Assembly: GCA_965214705.1 (NCBI GenBank)
Contig: CBDCCI010000001.1
Location: 643,104 to 707,103, forward strand
Source of the DNA: Alphaproteobacteria bacterium
GTDB taxonomy: Bacteria > Pseudomonadota > Alphaproteobacteria > UBA828
Length of the DNA stretch: 64,000 nt
Direction of reading: 5' to 3'
Part shown: one piece after another, positions 54,043 to 64,000 of the stretch
How the letters are laid out: each line of letters begins with the position of its first letter
Position numbering within the stretch: the first letter of the stretch is position 1
The notes under the pieces: model-generated
The model's input: only the letters and a program-made list of their open reading frames with translations
Told to the model about the DNA's origin: nothing
The model's database searches: none
Program-made: the position numbers and the translations under genes

Positions 54043-56707
54043 TTGAACGAAGCCGCTACGCGGAGTTAGCGGCGTAGAGTTCATTCATTTCCGAGGCGTC
54101 GCGGGTGCCGTTTGTTCTGTGCGTTCGCTTCCCGGTTGCGTCAGTGGCGCTCCGCCCGTCGGGTGGCGGATCCCCAGCAGCCTCCCGATCACCAGTGGTT
54201 AGCATCGACCCCTGCGACGGACCGTCGCCGGATCGGTCCGGCGGCGCGCCGTCGCGATCCAGGGAGATCGATAATGACCGGGACCGCGTGCGACACGAAC
54301 ACCGTCACCCCTCTTCGCCAGCGCATGGAGGAGCAGCTCCGCATCGCCAATCTGGCCGCGAGCACGTCCAAGGCCTACATCTGCGAGATCAAGAACCTGG
54401 CCAGGTACTACGACGCCTCGCCGGACGAGCTCGACGCCGAGCAGGTGCGCCAGTGGTACCTGGGGCGGATCGACAAGGGGCTCAGTCCGGGCACGACCAA
54501 CGTCTCCTTCGCCGCGCTGAACTTCCTCTACATCGACACACTCGGCTGGCCTGACCATGTCGCCGGCCTGCGCTCCCGCAAGAAGCCCGGCAAGCTGCCG
54601 CGCTACATGTCGGAGCAGGAGGTCGAGCACCTCATCCTTGCGACACCCGACCTCCGCCACCGTGCTGCCATTGTCACCGGCTATGGCGGCGGGCTCCGCA
54701 TCTCCGAGACCTTGGCCATCAAGGTCGGCGACATCCTGTCGGAGAAGAAGCTGCTGCACATCCCCTCCGGCAAAGGCGGCACCGAGAGAATGGCACCGTT
54801 GCCGGACATCGTCATCCACTACTTGCGCGTCTACTACAGGAACATCTGGCCGCGTCCGACGAACTGGCTCTTCTACGGCGTCTCGCTCGACAGGCCCATC
54901 GCAACGGAGACCTTGCAGGCCGCCTTCAGGAGGGCGCGCGACATTGCCGAGCTCGACCGCAGCTACACCTTCCATTGCCTGCGCCATTCGGCGGCGACCC
55001 ATCTCCTCGAGCGCGGCGGCGATATCGAGGTGATCCGGGACATGCTCGGCCATCGAAGCGCGAACACGACCCGTCACTACGCCCGCGTCACCGGCAAGAT
55101 GTTCGAGGGCCTCGACCACCCGATCTCAGGCTTCGCAGCGTTGCGCAACTGACGGCGCGTGGAGGCCGAACGCGCGGGCGTGGCGGAGATCTTCCGCCGC
55201 GCCGGCGCCGCTTTCCGTGAGCGCCACAAAGGGCGCATCGACGCCGCCCGGCTCAAGGTCATGGGCGCCATCGAGGCGTGCCGCACCGCCGTGCTCGGCG
55301 GCCACATGTACGCCTGCGAGGGCTGCGGGCGCGAGCATCCGCTCTTCAACTCCTGCCGCAACCGCCACTGCCCCACCTGCCAGGGTCTCGCCGCCAACCT
55401 CTGGAGCGAGGAGCGCGCCGGGGACATCCTGCCGGTGCCCTACTTCCATGTGGTCTTCACCCTGCCCAAGGAGGTTGCCGCCATTGCCTTCTGCAACCGC
55501 AGGGTGGTGTTCGACATCCTCTTCCGGGCCGTCGCCGAGACCCTGCGCACCATCGCCGCCGATCCCCGCCACGGCGGCATGCGCATCGGCGGCACCGCGG
55601 TCCTCCATACCTGGGATCAGAAGCTCCGCTTCCACCCGCACCTGCACGTGGTCGTGCCCAACGCGGGCTTCGACGTAGACAGTGGCGAGTGGAAGACGGG
55701 GAGCACCACCTTCCTCGCCCCCGTCAAGGTCCTCGGCAGCCTGTTCCGCCGCCTCTTCCTCAAGGAGCTCGCCCGCGCCCACGGCCGGGGGGACCTGGAG
55801 TTCCACGGCACCCTCGCCCACCTCGCCAATCCCGGCGAGTTCCACGCCACGCTTGCCGCCGCCCGGGCCAGGGACTGGGTGGTCTACGCCAAGCGGCCCT
55901 TCCGCGGGCCTGAGCAGGTCTTCCGGTACCTCTCGCACTACACGCACAGGATCGCCATCTCCGACAGCCGCATCGTCTCCTTCGACGGCGAGACGGTCTC
56001 CTTCCGCCACCGAAAGCCCAAGGCGCCGGGGCAGAGAAAGCCGCGCTACGGCATCGCCACCGTGAGCGCCGACGAGTTCATCCGCCGCTTCCTGAGGCAC
56101 GTCCTGCCGGACGGCATGCACCGCATTCGCTACTTCGGCATCCTCGCCAACGGCTGCCGCGCCAGCACGCTGGAGAGAGCACGCCAGGCTCTCGGCGCCC
56201 TCGGCTGCGCCGCCCCCGAGGGAAGCGTGGACGGCGCTCAGGCCGAGCCCGACGAAGAGCCCGAGATCGGCACCGCGCCCGTGGCCTGCCCCCACTGCGG
56301 CGGCGTCATGCGCCTCGTCCGCGAAATCCGCCGCCGCCATGAGCCCCGCTCGACGCGCGGCCCGCCGGCGCTGCCGCCGACCCACAGGGGGAAACCGTGA
56401 GACGCCCGCTCGCTTCGGCCCCGCGCAACGGCGCCAAAGCGCCGACGCACGACCGAACCTGTCTCCGCTTGAGCCGGGCTGACAGCCCTCGGCTCACACC
56501 CCGCTCAGTCCTCGCAGCGTGCGCCCGCATGCCTGCCGAAAGACCGGCGCGAGCGTCGATTTTATGCGCAACTCTGCTGCCGGTGGATGCCGCCTGACGC
56601 TGACATCAGCGCACTTTCCACATAGCTCAACTTCGCCTCTCGTGGCCCGCGGCTTCGTTCAAAAGGGTTGGGCAGGCTCTCGAGAGAGAGCCTGCCCAAC
56701 CCTTAAC
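54043..56707 (+). mobile_element. IS91-family element copy 5 (integrase 54274-55152, transposase 55159-56400)
   Basis: Same termini; inserted in DV of intron 2. Confidence 0.95.
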
Positions 56708-58799
56708 CCGAACTTCCAGTGTGGGATAGTCAAAGAACCGTTGTGCGGCAGGGGTTTCGGCGAGTTTCGAAGCGACGATTACTGGACAGGTTTGGCGGTG
56801 GTCATCCCCTTTTCGGTGAGCGCGGGCGCAGGATGGGGCCGCAGCCCGAGCAATGCGAACGCCCTTTCCTGCAGTTCGGTCGGCTTGGTCAGGGCGGGCA
56901 CGGCGAAGTCGGTTCCGGTGGCGATCTCAGTGGCAGCAAGCGTGCCGAGATGGCCGAGGAGATCGCGGAAGTCGCACACCGCAAGTCCATCATCCGTCTT
57001 TCGGCGCTTGTCCTTGCGCCGGGCCTTTTCCGAGCGTTCCGGCGGCGCCACCGGGTTCGCGGACAGCGGCGCTCCGTCCTCCTCGGCGAACAGCAGCGGC
57101 GCCAGCCTGCGGCGCATGTGCCACTCGACATACCAAGCCAGCATGCAGATCAGAAGATGCGCCCGTACTCGGTCGTCGCGCCAGTGGAAGATCGGGCGGA
57201 TCCGCAACGACACCGTCTTGAGCGAGCGGAAGGCGCGCTCGACGCGTGACAGGCTCTTGTAGACGCGGACCGCCTCGACGTCCTCGATCTCGTCCTCGTC
57301 CACGTTGGTGCGTATGACGTAGAGACCGTCGAGGGCGGCCTCGGCGTCGATCGACGCCCGGTCGCGTTCGCAACTGAAGGTGCCGCTGCCCTCGTCGAAT
57401 TCGAAGCGGAAGTGCTTGGCCATCTTGCGGCGGCGCAAGGTTCCCAGCCGACGGTTCAACTCGTCGCGGTCGATGTCGCCGGCGGCGTGGCGCGCGGCGA
57501 AATCGCGCGCGTCCGTCTCGGTCGCATTGAGCAGCCCGTCGCGGTTGCGCTTGCGCTCGGCCGCCAGAACCGGGTTGTAGCAGACGATCAGCCTCTCGCC
57601 GGGATAGTCCGGCGTGGTCACCCGCGCGAGGCCCCAGGTGTCGAACAGGCCGGGCGTGACATGCCCCCGGTCGACGAGCTTGCGGATCGAGGATGCGCGC
57701 AGCGCCGTGATCCAGTCGATGCCGTTGGGCGCGAGGTCGCGGTCGATGCGGGTCTGCGCGATCATGCCGCGGTCCCCCACCAACACCACCCGCCGGATGC
57801 CGAAGCTGTCGCGGACCTTGCGCACCTGGCTGGCCAGAGTCATCGGGTCGCCGGTGTTGCCGGCGAAGGCCTCGATCGAGACCGGACAGCCATCGCGGGT
57901 GCAGAGGAGGCCGTAGACGATCTGCGGGCGGTCGCCCCGGCGATCCCTCGAATAGCCGCGCTTCGCCATGGGGCAGGCGTTGCCCTCCATGTAGCTCGAG
58001 GACACGTCGTAGAGGACGAGATCGTCCTCTCCGAGATGGCGCCGGGCGAGCTTGCGCTCGATCGCGCCCTGTCGCGCGCCCAGCCAGTCCATGGCGGCGT
58101 AGAGTTCGTCGACGCTGACGCCTTCGACGCCGAGCAGGGCGGCGAGGGTGGTTGTGCCGGCCGCTCCCAGTTCGCGCTCGACGCGCAGCTTGGCGCCGGG
58201 CCGGATCAGGCGGGCGACGATCATGGCGATGACGAGGGCCCTGCGGCGATCGGGCCGGTGGAAGATGACGCGGTCGAGGCCGATGTCGCGAAGGGTGCCG
58301 AGAACGGCGCTGACGGCGCCGTGCGCCCGGCTGGCGCGCAGTTCGACGTCGGCGCTGTCGGGATTGAGGGCGGGTCCGCGCTTGAGGGCGCGTTTGAGGG
58401 CTTCGATGGCGTGTTCCGGGAGGGCGGAGAGGTTGCACAGGGTGCGCTTCTTGGGTTTTCCGTCCTGCCAGTAGGACTGTCTGAGGAGGTGGCAGCGGGA
58501 GTTTCCGGACCGGGTGGTTTCGATGTGCATATCGATCTGCCTAGCGAATCGCGGCAATCATATCGGAAAGGCTTGGGAATGCGGAGCAATTATCGTAACG
58601 AGAAAACTATCTACTGACTAGTATTCAGGTTTTGGTGGATGCGCCGGGACGGCGTGATCCAGCGCTGGAGCGCCGAATCGCGGCGGTTTCGGCGATCATT
58701 TCGGGAATTTCGCGCCAAACCGGGCGCTAAACTGCGCAGAAAGGGCGGAAACAGGCAAAATCCGGCCAGATCGGCAATCAGATGCTAACGGAAGTTCGG
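56708..58799 (-). mobile_element. IS1634-family element A, copy 2 (inverted)
   Basis: Same 592-aa ORF, TIR ccgaacttcc, TSD cttaac. Confidence 0.93.
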
Positions 58800-59161
58800 C
58801 TTAACCATCCGGTTCGGAGAGAGGGCGCGAGAAACCTGCGACCCGTAAGGGCCGCAAGGCGCTTGCGTCCTACTCTACAGCGCAGCGCGGAGAAGCGGCA
58901 ACGATGGATGGCGCGGGCCTTGAGGTACGCTTCGGCGTGGGTGCCGTCGATGACGCGGCAACGCCGCCAGAGGCGGTGTGCCGCCTCGCTGGGATCGTAG
59001 GCCCCGCCCGACGCCGCTGCCGGCGTAGCCGGCAAGGCGAGGAAGGCACGGGCCTCGGCCATGGCGTCGCGCAGCGGGACGCCGCCCATGCGGTGGCGGA
59101 TGAGGTCGAGAAGATCGCCATGCGTGCCCTCGGCGGCATCGGTCTTATGTGCAGTTGAACA

Positions 59162-61913
59162 GTAAGCGGTACGCAGACCCCATACCGGAATCTGGCTTGA
59201 CTACGACGGGGATTTCTTGAGGAGCGCCGTGAGCGCGCGAGTCATTTTGCCTCGGGCTGGAAGTTCCACGGCAGAAGCTCCTGGATGCCCGACTGCGGGT
59301 GGCCCTTGGCGATCTTCTCGAGCGTGCTCCGCATCCAGGCGTAGGGCTCGACGCCGTTCATCTTGCAGGTCTCGATCAGCGAGGCGATGCGGGCCCAGGC
59401 TTGCGCACCCTCGTCGTTGCCGGCGAAGAGCGCGTTCTTGGCGGTGAGCTTCAGCGGCCGGATTCGGTTTTCCACCAGGTTCGAGTCGATCTCGACACGA
59501 CCGTCGTGCAGGAACTCCAGCAGCCCGTCCCACTGGTTGGCGATATAGGTCAGCTTCTCGCCGAGACGCGAGCGCGGTGAGACGCGCGAGCGCTGCTCGT
59601 CGAGCCAGACACCGAAGGTGTTCACGATCGGCGCCGACTCCTCCCAACGGATCGCGCGGCGCTCCGCCGGCGGCTTGCCCCGGATCTTCTTCTCGATCGC
59701 ATAGAGCTTCGCGATCCGATTCAGACCGGCCAGCGCGATCGGCGATGCGCTCGAGTCGTATACCTCTTTCAGCTTCCGTCTTACATGCGCCCAACAGAGG
59801 GCCCGCGTCACAGGGCCTTCCGCCCGGTCCGGCCGCGCCAGGATGTTGTGGCCCGAGTAGCCGTCGAGCTGCACCGTCCCCGAAAAGCCCTCCATAAGCT
59901 CGGCGCCATACTTGCCGCCGCGGCCGGGCGCATAGCGATAGACGACGCCCGGCGGGTCCGTGCCGCTCCAGTGGCGCTCGTCACGCACAAGGGTCCACAT
60001 GTAGCCCGTCTTCGTCTTGCCCCGGCCCGGGTCGAGAACGCGGATCGTGGTCTCGTCCAGACCCAGGTGATCCGACTTCTTCAGCTCATCCTCCAGGCAA
60101 GCGACCACGGGGCGCAGGTGAAACGACGCCTGGCCCACCCACGTCGCCAGCGTCGCACGGTGAACCTCGATCCCCGAGCGCTCGTAGATCTGCGACTGGC
60201 GATAGAGCGGGCAATGATCGCCGTACTTCGCGATCAGCACCTGCGCCAGAAGAGCCTCGGTGGGAAGGCCGCCCTCGACCAGAGCGGCCGGCGCCGGCGA
60301 CTGCACCACCCCGCCCCCCTTGCACTTGTTGCAGGCGTAGCGGGGGCGCACGGTCTCGATGACGGTGAACTTCGCCGGCTCATAGTCCAGCCGCTCGCTG
60401 CGGTCCTCGCCGATCTTCGTCATCTCGCCGCAGCCGCAGGGGCACATGATCGTGTCCGGCTCGATCACCTCCTCGCGCCGGTCGACCTGGGGCCCGAAGC
60501 GCACCCCGCTGCGCGACCCCCGGGAAGAGCGCCGCCGGCGCTTGCCGCCAGCCCCCTCGTCCTGCTCCTGGTCATCTGCCTCGGGCCGACCGCCGGCTTC
60601 AGCGATCGCCGCCCAAAACTCCTCGAACGTAAGCTGGCGCTCGTCCTCGCCGAGCTTCTCGGAGCGCGGACCGAACAGCGCCTTCCTGAGCTCCTTGTTG
60701 AGATGCTCAAGCCGGCTGATCTGCTCCGCGCTCTGCGCGTTCTCGGCCTCCAGCCGTGCCGCCCGCGCTTCCGCCGTCTGCCTCGCCGCCTCCGCCGCGC
60801 CGCGTGCCTGCTCCGCTTCGCATAGGGCTGCTTCCGTCGCCCGGCGCGCCGCGCGCTCGTCGTCAAGCTCCGCATGCAGGGCCGCCAGCGCCGCCGAAAC
60901 CACCGCAGGCGACGGCGAACCGGCGCTGCTGAGGGGTGAGGGCGTGACCTTCGGCATGGGCCACCCCTTAATCCGATTCGCCAATGCATGACCAGGGAAA
61001 AGTGCAGGCGGGACCGCGACCGAAATCTGCGGCCCCGCCTGCGTGCCGCCTCACTCCGCCGCCAGCGGGCGGCGAACCGGGCGGGCCTTCACCCGGCGCC
61101 AGTCCAGACCCTCGAAGAGGGCCTCGAACTGGCCCTTCGTAAGGCGCATCACACCATCCTCGATCCGAGGCCAGGCGAAGCGGCCCTGCTCCAGACGCTT
61201 GTAGGTCATCACCAGACCGCTGCCGTCCCACGCAAGGAGCTTGAGCCTGTCGCCGCGGCGCGAGCGGAAGATCACGATCACCCCGGAATAGATATCGAGG
61301 TCCAGCTCCCCCGCCGCCGTCGCCGCAAGCGCGTCGTGGCCGCGACGAAAATCAACCGGCCGCGTCGCCAACACGATGCGAAGCGAGGGGGCCGCGATCA
61401 TGACGACGCCCGGCCCAGGCCCGAGGCCACCGCAACAATCCGATCGACCGCGCTCTCCACCGGAAGGCGAACGACCACGCCTAGCGCCTCGATCGCCACC
61501 GTCCGCTCGGACGTCACGCTATCAACCACCACGGGAACAAATGGCGGTGCAGAGCCACCAATCCGAGCGCCCGGAAGAGTTCCCTCCCGCGCGCGCCGCC
61601 GCCACTTGGTCAGGGTCGTATCGCTGACGCCATGGCGGCGCGCGACCGCCGCAACCGAAGAGCCCGGCTCAAAGCTCTCCGAGACAATCCGCGCCTTCTC
61701 ATCGTCCGGCCAGCGTCGCATGGGGGCCGGCTCAGACGGAGCCGGGGCGGCTCCCTCAGAAGCTGGGATCTCAACCGAAGCAACAGCGACACCGTCGCCA
61801 GATGCCAAAATCGAATCTGTCATCGCGATCTCTCCTGTGTGGCTCGTGGTCAAGGCGGAGAGTCAGCCCCGAAATCAGATCCGCTGGAAGTATGGGGGCC
61901 CGATACCGCTTAC
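59162..61913 (-). mobile_element. IS66 copy 2 (tnpA 61398-61823, tnpB 61051-61401, tnpC 59242-60957)
   Basis: Same 2,752-bp length and proteins as copy 1; flanks are not duplicated. Confidence 0.95.
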
Positions 61914-61938
61914 TCTGGAGTCTGCCATCGGCCAACTG

Positions 61939-63597
61939 TCACACCTTCGCAGGACATCGGTCACCGGCGCTGCGCACCGCCCCTATCGCGACACTCAACC
62001 CGGCGAGAAACATGAACGCTTCCAATTTGAGTAGATGCTGGAAGGCCGTGCAGTACAAGGCGATGACGATGACCCAGGCTACGATCACATCCCGGGCAAG
62101 CGACTTCGGCGCGCCCCATTGCGCGCGCAGCAGCAGGACGATGGCGGACAGAAACAGCAGCAGAGGGACGATGCCCGCTTCGCCCAGCAACGTCAGGTAG
62201 AGATTGTGGGGGCCCAACGGCTTGCCGTGATGTCCGATGGGGGCGCCTTCCATATATGCCAACGTTCTCAGGCCGTGACCGAAGACGGGCGCCTCCATGG
62301 CCTTCTCGAATCCCAGTCTCCAAAGCAACGGTCTGCCCTTCGCCAGGGCAGTGCAGATGAAGCCGTCATCGATATCGTGGCTGCGCAGATCGCGCAGTTG
62401 CCACGGCATGCAGCCCTGGAAGTCGTTATCCGCGACGGCCAGGGAGAGACGCTTGATTCCGGCCAATTCGGGCGGGAGGGAACCGGTGAGACGGTTGTGG
62501 GCCAGCCACAATTGCCTGAGATTCGACAGATTGGCGATCTCCTGCGGGATGGGACCCATCAGGCGATTGCCGTCCAGCGACAGCATGGTCAGACGAGTCA
62601 GGTTTTCCAGTTCCGGTGGAATGGGGCCGGTGAGTCGGTTGCCGTCGAGCCGCAGCAGATGGAGATGGGCCAGCTCGCCCAGCTCCGGGGGGATCCGCCC
62701 GGTCAGGTTCATGTCCCGCAAGTCCAGTGCGATGATGCGACCCCCTCGACCGATGGTGACGCCCTGCCAGGACGCGACGGGGCGAGCGTAGCTCCAGTTC
62801 AGCGGCGCGTCGCCGGCCAGGGTGTCGCGCATGCGCATCAGACGCGCGCCGTCTTCGAACAGGCCCGGTTTGGTCCAGGGCGAAGGATCGCAGAGCAGAT
62901 CGGCGGAATCCAGATCGTTGTGCCGTACCTGCGCTGCTCGCGCCGTAGCCGGAAGGCAGTCGGCAAACGCGTTGCCGCCCAGACGGAGGACCGCAAGATG
63001 AGCCCACCGGTCGAGAGCCTCGGGGAGTGCTCCGTGCAAACGATTGTTCTCGAGCCGCAGCTCCTCCAGACGCGACAGGTTGCCAAACTGCGGATGGACG
63101 TTGCCCGTCAAGATGTTGTTCTCCAGCGCGAGCACCCGCAGACCGGTCAGTGTGGTCAGTCCCTGCGGGATGCCGCCAGTGAGTTCGTTGCCGCCAAGAC
63201 GCAACCAAACGAGTGCCTGCAACGCGCTCAGTTCCGGCGGGATCTCGCCGGTCAGCGCGTTGTTCTCCAGTACCAGCGTCCGCAGCCCGGTCAGGGCGCC
63301 CAGTTCCGGCGGGATCGGTCCCGCAAGCCGGTTGTTGCCAAGACGCAGAACGGCAAGGGCGTCCAGAGCCGACAGCTCTGCGGGAATCCGCCCGTTCAGT
63401 CCCACGTGCGACAGATCCAGGGCGATGACCCGCGGCCCTTCCGCGGCCTCGCCGGCGATGTTGGGCATCCCGACGGTGACACCCCGCCAATAGCCGATGG
63501 GGACCGCGTCGCTCCAGTTTAGTTGGACGTCGCCGGCCAGCACGTCCCGAGCGGCCAACAACGTGGCGCAGTCGTCATACAGGCGGGGCAGTGCTTC
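61939..63597 (-). pseudogene. LRR-containing O-antigen-ligase-like membrane protein, N-terminus cut by IS66
   Basis: Two blocks of LTGPIPPELxxLxxLxxLxLxxN repeats with W.GV caps, followed by PVFGHG..PHNLYL..EAG and TM helices. Confidence 0.85.
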
Positions 63598-64000
63598 GTA
63601 AGCGGTATCGGGCCCCCATACTTCCAGCGGATCTGATTTCGGGGCTGACTCTCCGCCTTGACCACGAGCCACACAGGAGAGATCGCGATGACAGATTCGA
63701 TTTTGGCATCTGGCGACGGTGTCGCTGTTGCTTCGGTTGAGATCCCAGCTTCTGAGGGAGCCGCCCCGGCTCCGTCTGAGCCGGCCCCCATGCGACGCTG
63801 GCCGGACGATGAGAAGGCGCGGATTGTCTCGGAGAGCTTTGAGCCGGGCTCTTCGGTTGCGGCGGTCGCGCGCCGCCATGGCGTCAGCGATACGACCCTG
63901 ACCAAGTGGCGGCGGCGCGCGCGGGAGGGAACTCTTCCGGGCGCTCGGATTGGTGGCTCTGCACCGCCATTTGTTCCCGTGGTGGTTGATAGCGTGACGT
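63598..64000 (+). mobile_element. IS66 copy 3, left end (runs off the window)
   Basis: Matches 20178 onward. Confidence 0.93.

Larger units (their letters stand above)
44970..58878 (+). mobile_element. Group II intron 2 (~2,217 nt core) carrying five nested IS insertions
   Basis: 5' GAGCG, 3' cctactctAC; DV gagccggatgc..tgc|atccggttc; exons rejoin in frame. Confidence 0.88.
44302..59143 (-). pseudogene. Toprim-domain primase-like protein split by antisense group II intron 2 (exons 58879-59143 and 44302-44969)
   Basis: Rejoined SALR|FHPELFY; GVHRTWL, VGEGIET, DND; GDLLDL and AEAYL.AR in the 5' exon. Confidence 0.85.

Noticed and set aside
1-64000. tRNA or rRNA genes
   Set aside because: None recognised; the GGTTCAAGTCC-like motif near 28270 lies within intron domain I

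Overview
A GC-rich window, probably alphaproteobacterial, made up almost entirely of mobile elements. A host-associated (e.g. sponge-symbiont-like) origin is inferred from the LRR, FN3 and TbpB-like proteins. Five near-identical, co-oriented copies of a 2,666-bp IS91-family element (tyrosine recombinase + HUH/Y2 transposase) dominate. Also present: two group II introns with RT genes plus a 5' fragment of a third, three IS66 copies, four IS1634-family elements, IS5/IS1031, IS110/IS1111, IS1380 and a DUF4338-ISAs1 fusion, many of them nested. Host genes are a decayed polysaccharide locus (GT2, WecA-like, ugd, galU, UDP-GlcA decarboxylase), a split ~1,600-aa TbpB-like lipoprotein, two O-antigen-ligase-like proteins, a Dam-like methylase, an Rpn nuclease, tandem integrases and toprim/DUF2493 genes. 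Main signals: (1) a perfect 37-bp palindrome with a flipped loop at the tandem IS91-like junction; (2) IS91-like insertions fall in hairpins, three of four inside group II introns and two in catalytic domain V; (3) an IS1634 inserted twice at the same base of the IS91-like end; (4) the predicted IS110 bridge/seek RNA target guide is split by a ~61-nt copy of the neighbouring host gene; (5) a candidate 8.1-kb dual-integrase element bounded by 58-bp imperfect inverted repeats. All alignments were done by eye and no database searches were run.
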